NCBI GenBank assembly: GCA_964355025.1 | Contig: CAYHCW010000001.1 | Coordinates: forward strand, 8,488-72,487 | Length of the DNA: 64,000 bases | From: an uncultured Gemmatimonas sp. | GTDB taxonomy: Bacteria; Gemmatimonadota; Gemmatimonadetes; Gemmatimonadales; Gemmatimonadaceae | Reading direction: 5' to 3' | In this document: in pieces, positions 51,009 through 59,149 of the stretch | Layout of the letters: every line of letters starts with the position of its first letter | Position numbering within the stretch: the first letter of the stretch is position 1 | Notes under the pieces: model-generated | What the model was told of the DNA's origin: nothing | Database searches by the model: none | The model's input: only the letters and a program-made list of their open reading frames with translations | Program-made: the position numbers and the translations under genes

Positions 51009-51529
51009 GGTGCGTCAGGTGGCGCGGTGGGCACTTGGACGGCGAGGATGGGCGCCGAGTAGGGGTCGCGAAGCCGCGCGGCGAGCTCCTCCGGCGACAC
51101 GACCTCAATCAGCGGCAGCTTAGCTGTCGCCTCCGAGTAGTCTTTGAGCCGCCGCGCAGCCTCGGTGAGCAACTCGGCCGTGAGCGGCTGCGTCACGACA
51201 TCCACAAGGTTCGGCGCCGTAGCGGGCACATCTTCCACGTTCACCGTCGGCGTCGCCTTGACATCTGCCAGCACGCGCACGGCGATGGTGCAGTTGCGGC
51301 AGCGGCGCGCGCGCACGGAGATTCGTCCGCCCCGATGCCATCCACGCAGGCCGTCGGCTTTCGCCCCCGCGCAGACGAAGCCGCCGCCCGGTTGGTAGAA
51401 GTGGCATGGGCGACCGCGCATCTTCGGTTGGAGCCAGTAGCCCGCGTTGATGTCGACCTTCGGCGGGTCGCTCGCTACGCCGACGGGCAGGGCCACGGTC
51501 GTGCCATCGGTCCCGGTTTCGTCCATCAT
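51005..51529 (-). CDS. Hypothetical 174-aa protein
   Basis: ATG 51529 (ATGATGA junction with the upstream stop). Contains Cys residues (CHFY..C..CRNC). The N-terminal 156 codons of the ORF-track entry were rejected. Confidence 0.35.
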   Translation of the reverse strand: MMDETGTDGTTVALPVGVASDPPKVDINAGYWLQPKMRGRPCHFYQPGGGFVCAGAKADGLRGWHRGGRISVRARRCRNCTIAVRVLADVKATPTVNVEDVPATAPNLVDVVTQPLTAELLTEAARRLKDYSEATAKLPLIEVVSPEELAARLRDPYSAPILAVQVPTAPPDAP

Positions 51530-51849
51530 CGCCTCGCCATCTCCTGGAGTTGCCGCACGCTCGTCTTGCCGCCGCGCCAGAGCGGCCACGCCCGTTGCAG
51601 GAAGTCGACGGCCCACGCTTTGGCGTCTCGGCGGTCGTGCACGTCCAGCTCGCGGCGGAAGGCTTGCGCGTAGCCGTCGGGGTCGACGAGCTCGCCCTTG
51701 GCGACAATGGTCACGTGGCCTGGCGTCGTGCGCAGCACGCACCATAGCTGCCACGGCCGTCGCTCGTAGTTGCCGCCTGACCAGCGCTTCTTCTTGGGCG
51801 TGAGCGGCGACTGCGCGTCCTTGCCGGGCACGCGGGCGAGGTCGGTCAT
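51526..51849 (-). CDS. Hypothetical 107-aa protein
   Basis: Translationally coupled on both sides. Trp/Arg-rich. No motif recognised. Confidence 0.35.
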   Translation of the reverse strand: MTDLARVPGKDAQSPLTPKKKRWSGGNYERRPWQLWCVLRTTPGHVTIVAKGELVDPDGYAQAFRRELDVHDRRDAKAWAVDFLQRAWPLWRGGKTSVRQLQEMARR

Positions 51850-52112
51850 GGCGCCGATGCCGCTTCCCGCGCTCGATTCGCGCGGCGAAAGCCGTAGGCG
51901 CTGAGCGCGCTAATGAGGTGATGTTCGACCTCGTCGGCGCGGTCCTCGCGGAGCATTTCGACCAGCGCGACGCACGCCTTGCGGCCGAGGTCGTCACCGC
52001 GCACGAGGAAGTCGAAACCCGCAGTGACGAGCGCTTTGCGCGCGTCGTCTACACGGCCCGCCTTGAGCGCTTTGAGCGCAGCGACGGTCTGCTCGTGGGC
52101 TACGTCGGCCAT
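51846..52112 (-). CDS. Hypothetical 88-aa protein
   Basis: ATG 52112. Only the distal part of ORF 51846..52661 looks protein-like (MADVAHEQTVAALKALKAGRVDDARK..). Confidence 0.3.
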   Translation of the reverse strand: MADVAHEQTVAALKALKAGRVDDARKALVTAGFDFLVRGDDLGRKACVALVEMLREDRADEVEHHLISALSAYGFRRANRAREAASAP

Positions 52113-52435
52113 GGCACCCCGCACGCAGCGCCGCATCGCCCATTCTTCCACACGGAGCGCTTGCCGCACGCGCACGTCCTCGGCGGTTTGAGCCGCACGA
52201 CCCACGCGTTGCGGTGGCGGTCGACCTCGACGAGGCCCGCTTCGAGGGCGAGGCGCATCGTTCGCGTGTGCGGCGAGGCGTGCGTCAGCGCGCCGGCCGC
52301 CGTCAGTGCGGCGAGCGGGAACCACTCGGCGCCCGTGGCGTTGCCGAGCGCCGTCAGCGTGACGCGCAGAAGCTCGAGCGCCGCGTCGTCGGCGGTGGCG
52401 AGAGCTTCGTCGGCGTGGACGGCGGCGGAGCTCAT
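52100..52435 (-). CDS. Hypothetical 111-aa protein with C-terminal Cys cluster
   Basis: ATG 52435 (ATGA overlap). C-terminus CACGKRSVWKNGRCGAACG. Confidence 0.3.
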   Translation of the reverse strand: MSSAAVHADEALATADDAALELLRVTLTALGNATGAEWFPLAALTAAGALTHASPHTRTMRLALEAGLVEVDRHRNAWVVRLKPPRTCACGKRSVWKNGRCGAACGVPWPT

Positions 52436-52842
52436 GGCGTGCACTCGCGCAAGCCATGGACGGCAAGGGCGACCGTATCGAGCCCGCCTGTGACGGGTAT
52501 CGTGCGAGCGCCGTGGTAGAACGCGCACGTCTCTGGCGTCGCTCCGAAGTTCTCAGCGGCCCCGTGGAGCACGATGCGCTTGCCCGTTGCGAGCGCCATC
52601 CCGAGCTCGGCGTGCGTTCCGCGCCCGCCCGGGAGGAGCACGACAACGACATCCGCATCAACGACGCCCTGCAACTCCAGCGCCGCTACTTCGCGGATGC
52701 GCTCGACGCCAGAGCGCCAGACGGGGCCGTGAACGGTCCAGTCGTACGTGATCTCGTGACCCAGCGCGGCCAGATGGTCACGCACGGTGTTGTGGTCGGC
52801 GTGGCGTTCGAGCCGCGTCGCGATGTAGTATTTCAACTTCAC
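52432..52842 (-). CDS. Nucleoside 2-deoxyribosyltransferase-like protein
   Basis: GTG 52842 (GTGA overlap). KYYIATRL .. DADVVVVLLPGGRGTHAELGMALATGKRIVL follows the NDT-family pattern (Gly-Thr..Glu..Gly..Ala..Gly-Lys). Confidence 0.5.
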   Translation of the reverse strand: MKLKYYIATRLERHADHNTVRDHLAALGHEITYDWTVHGPVWRSGVERIREVAALELQGVVDADVVVVLLPGGRGTHAELGMALATGKRIVLHGAAENFGATPETCAFYHGARTIPVTGGLDTVALAVHGLRECTP

Positions 52843-53927
52843 AGGGCCCCCTTCGTCCGCTTCGCCCCAATGACCTCGGCGAGTTTGCAGTCGTAGGTGT
52901 GCTCGCCGTCGGCGTCGGTTCGGCTGCACCACGGGCACTCGCCGTGGTTGTGCGACCATTTGACGCCCCATTCGAGCGCCTTGAGCACGTTGACGGCCTT
53001 CATGCCGCCGAGGCCCACACGGTCGACGACCTGTTGCACGACGGGGATGCCGTAGCGCGCCGCGTCATCGTCGGGCACGAGCCGTGCGATGTCCGCGCTA
53101 TTGGGGAGTTGGATGATGAGCGCGGGCTTGGCGTCCATCTCGCACAGGAGCTTCGCCCATTCGGACCGGAAGCGCGCAAACTCCTGGGCGGTCACGTGGT
53201 CGGCGCGGAGCACGTAAACCGGGGCGCCGCCGACGATTGCCATGGCGAGACGGCCAGGCACGGACGACTTTGAGAGAATGACCGCGCCGTCGCCCGTTGG
53301 CGCGGTCATCAGCGACTCAAGGCGGTAGGTGCGAGCCCCCAGCGCGGCGACAACGTCCACCTTGAGTGAGCCGTTGGGCAGGCCCGTCAGGGCTAGGAGG
53401 CGTTGCCACATGGCATCGTCGACCGCTGTAGATGGCGGCGCATCGCCCGTCCCGCCGCAGAGCGGGCACGCCTCGTAGTTCGTCTCCGCAAAGGCGCAGC
53501 ACCACTGCCCATAGCCGTTCTGGTAGCCGACGCGCTTCCCCTCGCCTTCGGTCTTGTCGACGAAGCCGCGACACGCGGGGCACGGCGGCCGTGCGACATC
53601 GATGTCGCATCGCGGCGGCACGACCTCAACCCGCACGACCTCCGGCGCCGCCTCGCGCACGATGCGGTCGACGTCGGCGTTGGTCATGTGCTTGCCGCTC
53701 GGCCCGACGAGGTAGCCGTCGGCGTCGAGCGTGCAGTCCTTGAGCTCGACGGACATCGCGGCCTTCACGGCGGTGAGCGGCGGCACGTCGCCAATGAGCT
53801 CCTTCGTGTAGTCGCCGGCGCGCGGAAAAGCCTTTCCTATGCCACTGCATCGGGGGCACATGACGCCGAGACTGCTATAGCCGTCGCCCTTGCATTCAGG
53901 GCAGGTCACGCGTTGCGTGTCTACCAC
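52839..53927 (-). CDS. Multi-zinc-knuckle protein (DnaJ-type CxxCxGxG repeats)
   Basis: CPECKGDG, CPRCSGIG, CPACRGF, CPLCGGTG, CPWCSR. GTG 53927 has better RBS spacing (GAAGGA) than the ORF-track TTG at 53933. Confidence 0.45.
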   Translation of the reverse strand: MVDTQRVTCPECKGDGYSSLGVMCPRCSGIGKAFPRAGDYTKELIGDVPPLTAVKAAMSVELKDCTLDADGYLVGPSGKHMTNADVDRIVREAAPEVVRVEVVPPRCDIDVARPPCPACRGFVDKTEGEGKRVGYQNGYGQWCCAFAETNYEACPLCGGTGDAPPSTAVDDAMWQRLLALTGLPNGSLKVDVVAALGARTYRLESLMTAPTGDGAVILSKSSVPGRLAMAIVGGAPVYVLRADHVTAQEFARFRSEWAKLLCEMDAKPALIIQLPNSADIARLVPDDDAARYGIPVVQQVVDRVGLGGMKAVNVLKALEWGVKWSHNHGECPWCSRTDADGEHTYDCKLAEVIGAKRTKGAL

Positions 53928-54259
53928 GGGCAATCCTTCGGCATGGCTGGGTCACCAGCGACGACGTCATCGTCCCTGAACTCGTCATCGGCCGCCGCCC
54001 GATGCGCCGGAAGCTCCCACTGCTTCACCGGGGCGACCTCGCACGCCGCCGCGTAGGCGCGCGCCGTCTCCTCCGTGCACGGCGTCAGGCAGTAGAGCGC
54101 CGCCGGCGAGTAGAACTGCGTCGCGCGCTCACCTTCGGCGCCTGGTACGTCGATGCGAAGCATACCCGCGCCGGCGATTTGCACCTCGCGGACCTTGCCG
54201 GCGAGCTTGCGGTGTCCCATGAGCTCCATGATGGCCCACGTGTCGAATGCTTCGGCCAT
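53921..54259 (-). CDS. Hypothetical 112-aa protein
   Basis: ATG 54259. WAIMELMGHRKLAGKVREVQIAGAGMLRIDVP is a pattern I recall in uncharacterised phage proteins. Confidence 0.35.
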   Translation of the reverse strand: MAEAFDTWAIMELMGHRKLAGKVREVQIAGAGMLRIDVPGAEGERATQFYSPAALYCLTPCTEETARAYAAACEVAPVKQWELPAHRAAADDEFRDDDVVAGDPAMPKDCPW

Positions 54260-54858
54260 TACGCTGCCTCCTCCATCCCAACGTTCGTCCCGTCGTTCAA
54301 CGCTTCGACCGACGCGATAACCACCGCCAGCGCCGCCATTTCCTCGGACGTTGGCGGCGGTCTCGGGACGTCGATGATGTCGACATCGCGGCAGGGGAGG
54401 TCGTGCTTCTCCGGCGCCTTCGCCCGCCACCAATCCAGCGGCAGCTTGTGCATGCCTTCGAGGCCCACGGCGGCGGGCGCGCACTCGCCTTCACCGACGG
54501 CGCCGCAGCGGGCAGCGGGCCATGCGCAGGCGCCGTACTCGCAAGCACGACCGTACGGATACCGCTTGCACATGCTCGGCCGCGTCTCGTAGGCCGTGCA
54601 GTTGTTGCCATCGAAGTGCCGACACGTGTACCAGTGCGACAGAAGGTCCTTGTCCCTGTTGTCAGCCGCCCACGCCGGGCGAACGTCTGGCGCGAGGCCG
54701 AGGTCGTCGGCCGTGCCCGACCCGAGGTGAATCACCATGTCAGCGATGTACGGCCCGTCCACGACGCGGCCGGGCTCGTTGCAGACCTCCGCGAGCCCTG
54801 CCGGGTCGTACGGCAACGTGAAAACGCGGCAACAGTGCCCGGTGCAGCGCTCGCCCAC
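54259..54858 (-). CDS. YkgJ-family Cys-cluster (CxxCxxCC) protein
   Basis: CTGHCCRVF near the N-terminus and CTAYETRPSMCKRYPYG downstream fit the UPF0153/YkgJ pattern. GTG 54858 overlaps the upstream TAG by 1 nt. Confidence 0.55.
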   Translation of the reverse strand: MGERCTGHCCRVFTLPYDPAGLAEVCNEPGRVVDGPYIADMVIHLGSGTADDLGLAPDVRPAWAADNRDKDLLSHWYTCRHFDGNNCTAYETRPSMCKRYPYGRACEYGACAWPAARCGAVGEGECAPAAVGLEGMHKLPLDWWRAKAPEKHDLPCRDVDIIDVPRPPPTSEEMAALAVVIASVEALNDGTNVGMEEAA

Positions 54859-55208
54859 TACGTGTGCTTCACGTTCTTGCCGAGCACGCCCTGCGCTTGG
54901 CGCTTCGCCGCCCGGTCGGCCATCGCTTGCCGAGCTGCGCGGATGCCTTCGATCGCCGTGGCGTTCTCCGTGCACGCGAACGGACCGGACTCGAAGCACG
55001 ACATCCGGTGTTCGAGCACGGCGAGCAGCGCGTCCTCGAAAACGCCGGGCGTGCTCCCGGGCTCGCCACGGGGCCCGCGCTGGAACTGGACGTGCAGCGC
55101 GTCCTCGGGGCCGCCGTACTGGATGACGTAGTGGTGATGGGCGCCGCCCGGTCCCGGATCGTCCACAGCGGACACGGTCACGGGGCACGTCGTCGGGAGT
55201 GCTACCAC
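54858..55208 (-). CDS. Small conserved phage protein (FQxGP .. CxEN motif)
   Basis: Only the last ~115 codons of the 400-aa ORF 54858..56060 look coding: YVIQYGG..LHVQFQRGPRGEPGSTPGVFEDALLAVLEHRMSCFESGPFACTENATAIEGI. The start is GTG 55208 or 55181. Confidence 0.4.
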   Translation of the reverse strand: MVALPTTCPVTVSAVDDPGPGGAHHHYVIQYGGPEDALHVQFQRGPRGEPGSTPGVFEDALLAVLEHRMSCFESGPFACTENATAIEGIRAARQAMADRAAKRQAQGVLGKNVKHT

Positions 55209-55519
55209 GGGTGCATCTCCCCGGCGTGCACGTCGAGCACGCGCTGGCGCCCTTCGCGCACGAGGACGAGCGCCCACACGCTCATCAGCGCCGGCGCAGG
55301 GCCAGCGCCAGCCATGCGGAGCTGCGCGGCCCACAGGTTGCTGTCGACCGTCTCGCCGGGGCACGCGACGGCCTGTGAGCCCGCTTCGGCCATGTACGCT
55401 TGAAAGAGCAGCCGGTCGACGCTCCGAAGCTCGGCGCCGTGCGGATTGTTCGGGATACCCTCGGCCGTGAGGCGCTGCGCGACCTGCTTGGCGATGGTCG
55501 TGATGTCGAGGTCGTTCAT
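55202..55519 (-). CDS. Hypothetical 105-aa protein
   Basis: ATGA overlap upstream. No motif recognised. Confidence 0.35.
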   Translation of the reverse strand: MNDLDITTIAKQVAQRLTAEGIPNNPHGAELRSVDRLLFQAYMAEAGSQAVACPGETVDSNLWAAQLRMAGAGPAPALMSVWALVLVREGRQRVLDVHAGEMHPW

Positions 55520-56079
55520 GCGGTCTTCCTCTCCTTGCTGTCCGCGGACGCACTGCGCGCCCGCTCGATGGGTTCGGCGTCGCCAGCCGCGACGGCCTCT
55601 TGGCGCTTCTCGATTTCGATGCGCTCGAGCTCCGCGAGGATGTCCGAGCGCCGGCCGTCGTCGATGACGACCTTCGTGGTTTCGCTCGGGCGGCCGTCGA
55701 GCGCGGACTCGACGCCGTGGATGGACTTGACGAAGGCGCCGACCGATTCGTCGAAGAGCTCTGGCTTTTCGAGGCGTACCTCGATGACCTTGAGCGCGAG
55801 CTCTTTGCCCTTGTCGACGATGTCGCGCATCGTGATGGCCGAGCGCTTCGCGAGCTCCTTGATGACGATGCGGTCGGCTTCCTTGTTCGCGGCTTTGGTG
55901 ACACGTTCGAGCCGCTCCCGAATGGGCGGCAGGTTGCGCCTCGGGTCGCCCCGGTTGATGTAGCGCGACGCGAGCTGGCGCGACGCCCCGATGGCCTTAC
56001 CGGCTTCCGTGACGCTGTGCGTGCGAGCGTAAGCGTCGGCCAATTCCTTGTATTGTTCAACGGTTATCGCGTCGGCCAT
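55516..56079 (-). CDS. HTH plus coiled-coil protein
   Basis: 187 aa. SVTEAGKAIGASRQLASRYINRG is an HTH. The rest is charged and helical. This could be a regulator or a small-terminase-like protein. Confidence 0.4.
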   Translation of the reverse strand: MADAITVEQYKELADAYARTHSVTEAGKAIGASRQLASRYINRGDPRRNLPPIRERLERVTKAANKEADRIVIKELAKRSAITMRDIVDKGKELALKVIEVRLEKPELFDESVGAFVKSIHGVESALDGRPSETTKVVIDDGRRSDILAELERIEIEKRQEAVAAGDAEPIERARSASADSKERKTA

Positions 56080-56121
56080 CGCGACCCACCCGGCTCTCGT
56101 TATGACGCCGTGACGGATGCG

Positions 56122-56502
56122 TCATGACATTCCGCCGAGCATGGCCAGCGACGCGAAGTGCATCCACACGTCGCTGACCTCGCGGCCCTTGCGCGTGCCG
56201 ACGTGGATGACGCAGTCGGGCTCGGCGGCGCAGAATACGCGCCGACCTCGGCGTGTGTTCTCAAACACCGTCACCCACACGGCGTCAATGAAATGCGACT
56301 CCGCGCCGTCTTGTACGGCGATGACGCGGCCCGTGTATTCGGTGCCCGCGTGCATCCACGTGACCGTACGGCCAAGCATGGCCCGGCGCTTGACGGACTC
56401 GGACGGCGAGGGTTCTCCCGTCTTGGGCGGCTCCGGTGAGGCCGGCGTTGCCGGGGTCGGAGTCGTTGCCGCAGGGGGAACCATCGCCTTGTCCTTGCTC
56501 AT
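56122..56502 (-). CDS. Hypothetical 126-aa protein with Pro/Thr-rich N-terminus
   Basis: ATG 56502. No motif recognised. Confidence 0.35.
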   Translation of the reverse strand: MSKDKAMVPPAATTPTPATPASPEPPKTGEPSPSESVKRRAMLGRTVTWMHAGTEYTGRVIAVQDGAESHFIDAVWVTVFENTRRGRRVFCAAEPDCVIHVGTRKGREVSDVWMHFASLAMLGGMS

Positions 56503-56523
56503 CGTGACGCCTCACTCCCGAGT

Positions 56524-57423
56524 TTAGAACATTCCGTCGTCGTCGGGCGTTTCGAGGTTCCCGAAGAGGTCCTCTTCGTCTTCCTTGGGCGCGGCAGCGG
56601 GCTTCTTCGCCGTCGTCGCGGCCGCCTTGCCGCCATCGGCCGCCGCGACGCGCTCCTGAATCCATGACGGTGTCTGCATGCCCGACGCGGCGGCGGGAAG
56701 GTCGACGACGTTGCTCGGCGGCTCGACATCGGGCGACACGCGCTCGACGTTGTTCGCCTTGTGCACGTCCTCGGCCGGCGCGACGGGCGACGCGGGCACC
56801 TCGAGCTTCTCGGGCGCGGCCACGTCGCACTTCTGCCACGCGGCCAGCGTGTGCCACCATCCGGCCTTGTCGCGCTCGCCCCGGATGACGGTGCCCGCGT
56901 CCATCATGCGTTCGACCCAGGTGGCGGCGCGCGAGTAGCCGCCGAAGTCCTCTTGGAAGTCGCTGGCGAGCTGCTTGACGGTGAAGCGCTCGCTCTTGTA
57001 GCGGTCGGTAACGCGCTCGACGAGGTCAGCGGCGAAGACGACGGGGGTGCGCGTGCGCGGCGCGGCTTCGGTCGACGTGGCCTTCTCCGCAAGGTCGGCG
57101 GCCGTCTTGCCGTCGCACGGCGGTTCGGACGTGGACTTGGCGTCGGCTTGCGGTGGCGGCGCGTCCCCGTTGGTCGACGCCAGCACCAGCGCGGGCTCGC
57201 CGGCGACCCACCGCTTGACGCGCTCGATGTCGACCGCGGGCACGTCGGCGGGTTTCGGCACGAGCGAGGCGTTGCAGAGCGCCACGTACAGCGCGTTGCC
57301 GAAGTCGGGCACTGGCGAGGCGATGAGCACGCACGGCTCGGTTCCGCCCGGGTCGATTTCGGCGATGACAGCCCCGTTGTGCGTCTTGGCGATGCGAATC
57401 GTAACCTCTGCGTCCCACTTCAT
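56524..57423 (-). CDS. 299-aa protein with SSB-like acidic C-terminal tip
   Basis: ATG 57423 (ATGA overlap). Ends ..KEDEEDLFGNLETPDDDGMF. The N-terminal 104 codons of the ORF-track entry were rejected. Confidence 0.4.
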   Translation of the reverse strand: MKWDAEVTIRIAKTHNGAVIAEIDPGGTEPCVLIASPVPDFGNALYVALCNASLVPKPADVPAVDIERVKRWVAGEPALVLASTNGDAPPPQADAKSTSEPPCDGKTAADLAEKATSTEAAPRTRTPVVFAADLVERVTDRYKSERFTVKQLASDFQEDFGGYSRAATWVERMMDAGTVIRGERDKAGWWHTLAAWQKCDVAAPEKLEVPASPVAPAEDVHKANNVERVSPDVEPPSNVVDLPAAASGMQTPSWIQERVAAADGGKAAATTAKKPAAAPKEDEEDLFGNLETPDDDGMF

Positions 57424-57773
57424 CCTGCGATTTCCTTCCTCTTCTTCGAGCCAGCGCCCGCCGCCCCGCGCGGCAGTCGCTTCCTCGGTGATTGAGCCCA
57501 CGTCGGCACGTCGAAGCGCGCGGCCTCGGCGGCGGCTACGGCGACCGTCACGGGCACGCTGAGCCATCCGCTCGGGACGCCGAGGGCGTCTTCGAGGCGC
57601 GTGAGCGTGTACTGCATGGCGTTGTCGGCCTTGAGCAGCACTTGGAGCTGCTGGCGGTGCATGCCGACCGCTTGGGCGACGGCGGTGAGCGATGTGCCGA
57701 GCACGCCGACGCGGATGCGCGCCTTTTTGCTCCACGTAGTCAGCTCGCCGTCCGGTGCGTGTTTCACGGTCAT
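57420..57773 (-). CDS. XRE/Cro-CI-type HTH regulator
   Basis: 117 aa. RIRVGVLGTSLTAVAQAVGMHRQQLQVLLKADN is a classic XRE helix-turn-helix. Confidence 0.55.
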   Translation of the reverse strand: MTVKHAPDGELTTWSKKARIRVGVLGTSLTAVAQAVGMHRQQLQVLLKADNAMQYTLTRLEDALGVPSGWLSVPVTVAVAAAEAARFDVPTWAQSPRKRLPRGAAGAGSKKRKEIAG

Positions 57774-58291
57774 GGACTGGCCTCTACCATGGGCGCGTCG
57801 AACCTGTCAATAGCGTTGTTTACAGGACTTACCGCGGCCATCTTCCTAGCCCACCCCTGCACTCGACGTGCGAAGGATACGGCGCGCGTTGTCGAGTTCC
57901 ATGCCTGGAACGCGCACAGCCAGCGATTCGGTCCACGGCCGTCGCACCATTTCCACTTCACTTCGAGCACCCGGAGTGCCCACTTCGCGGCGAAGATGGG
58001 CTGTTCGAGTGCCCCGGCACGCGGGACCGTCACCTTGACGCCGCGCCACTGGAACGGGCGGCCGGGCTGGAGTTGCCAAGCGCCCACGCCCCAGCGACGA
58101 CCGGGCGCAGCCCGTAGGCTGGATTCGACGCGCGCCAGAGCGAGTAATGCCGGCAGGCACGTGGCGCCGGCCCACGCGCCGTCTTGCGCACAGGCATCGG
58201 ACGCAGCCCTCGCGACGGCCACGTGCTCGCCAGGTGTGCCGCGCGTCGGCTCCAGCGTGGCGATGAGGACGATGAGGAGGAGGTCGGTCAT
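57770..58291 (-). CDS. SLT/lysozyme-like protein with N-terminal hydrophobic segment
   Basis: LLLIVLIATL at the N-terminus. LLALARVESSLRAAPGRRWGVGAWQLQP resembles the SLT catalytic Glu-Ser .. G.Q motif. Confidence 0.4.
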   Translation of the reverse strand: MTDLLLIVLIATLEPTRGTPGEHVAVARAASDACAQDGAWAGATCLPALLALARVESSLRAAPGRRWGVGAWQLQPGRPFQWRGVKVTVPRAGALEQPIFAAKWALRVLEVKWKWCDGRGPNRWLCAFQAWNSTTRAVSFARRVQGWARKMAAVSPVNNAIDRFDAPMVEASP

Positions 58292-58428
58292 GGCGTGCGC
58301 TCGCGGGCGACTTCGCGAAGCTGCACGAGGGCGGCGTCGTACGCCTTCCGCTCTGCGATTTGTTCCTTGAGGGTCGCGCGGTTGGCCTTACGCACGTCGC
58401 GCGTGCGGACACGATGCTGCGGGAACAT
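58288..58428 (-). CDS. 46-aa basic coiled-coil peptide (hypothetical)
   Basis: ATG 58428 overlaps the upstream TGA by 1 nt. MFPQHRVRTRDVRKANRATLKEQIAERKAYDAALVQLREVARERTP. Confidence 0.25.
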   Translation of the reverse strand: MFPQHRVRTRDVRKANRATLKEQIAERKAYDAALVQLREVARERTP

Positions 58429-58769
58429 CAGTTGCTCTTCTTGAGTCGCGCGGCGCAGGCCGGGCACGTCGGGCAGTAGCCGATGCTGCCGTCGCCGTCG
58501 GCGGCGACGGGCACGAGGTGCAGGCAGTCGTTGTGATCGAGGCCGCACGCCTCGTGGCGCCAGCGGAGCGGGACGGCGCCGGCGATGTCCTTCGATGGGT
58601 CCTCCGTGTCGATGAGCACGTACGGCAGGTGGATGTGGGCGCGGATGTTCCACGCCTCCATCGCGCGGTTGAGCTCGACGACGACGCCTTGCGGACCGGA
58701 GTCGGGGCCAGCGACGGCGTGCAGACCGGGGAGAAGGAGCATGAGGTCGGCTTGGGTTCGGAAGCGCAT
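58428..58769 (-). CDS. Hypothetical 113-aa protein with C-terminal Cys cluster
   Basis: ATG 58769. First gene downstream of the promoter at 58801-58829. C-terminus HEACGLDHNDCLH..CPTCPAC. Confidence 0.35.
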   Translation of the reverse strand: MRFRTQADLMLLLPGLHAVAGPDSGPQGVVVELNRAMEAWNIRAHIHLPYVLIDTEDPSKDIAGAVPLRWRHEACGLDHNDCLHLVPVAADGDGSIGYCPTCPACAARLKKSN

Positions 58770-58800
58770 CAGGGGGCCTTTCGGAGCTTCATGGGGTGCG

Positions 58801-58829
58801 AGGATGCGCCCTGGGTGTAGCGCTGTCAA
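58801..58829 (-). promoter_or_regulatory. Sigma70-like promoter TTGACA-N17-CATCCT (minus strand)
   Basis: TTGACA at 58824-58829 lies inside the 15-mer TATTGACAGCGCTAC (58817-58831, minus strand), which is identical to 62192-62206 on the plus strand. Confidence 0.4.
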
Positions 58830-58870
58830 TAGGCTGTTGCGCCGAGGGGATGACACGGCCGTTTTTGGGT

Positions 58871-59149
58871 TGGTGTCTTCATGGTGTCTTATCTATCTCT
58901 CTAATATTATTAAAAAAAGTAGGTATACAGACACCGACACCACCGCAACCGACACCACCGTCACGGGAAGGGCGGCGACGAGGTACTGTTGCAAAATACA
59001 CACACAAGCCCATGGCGCAGAAACGTGGGGGAGGTTCCGCGGACGGTGCTTCGTGTCGAATGGCACATAACGCGACGTATTCATTCATATTTTTGCAGAC
59101 ACCGACGTGACACCAAACAGACACCGACACCTGCGAGACGGTGTCGTCG
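58871..59149. repeat. Iteron cluster with AT-rich tract (candidate origin/multi-site operator)
   Basis: CAGACACCGAC occurs three times (58928, 59096, 59118). CCGACACCACCG occurs twice (58934, 58949). TGGTGTCTT occurs twice in inverse orientation (58871, 58882). GACGGTGTC at 59137. AT-rich tract at 58891-58927. Confidence 0.55.

Noticed and set aside
55209-56060. N-terminal ~280 codons of the 400-aa ORF 54858..56060.
   Set aside because: This part is Ser/Arg/Pro-rich and overlaps two well-formed, translationally coupled genes in other frames. Only the 3' ~115 codons were kept as a CDS.
57819-57847. Plus-strand TTTACA -35-like element opposite the HTH promoter, which would suggest a divergent promoter pair.
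   Set aside because: There is no acceptable -10 at 16-19 nt spacing, and no plus-strand gene lies downstream.
58871-59149. Possible CRISPR array, because of the many short repeats.
   Set aside because: The repeats are only 9-12 nt long, irregularly spaced and in both orientations. There are no spacer-like unique units of constant length. The pattern fits iterons, not CRISPR.
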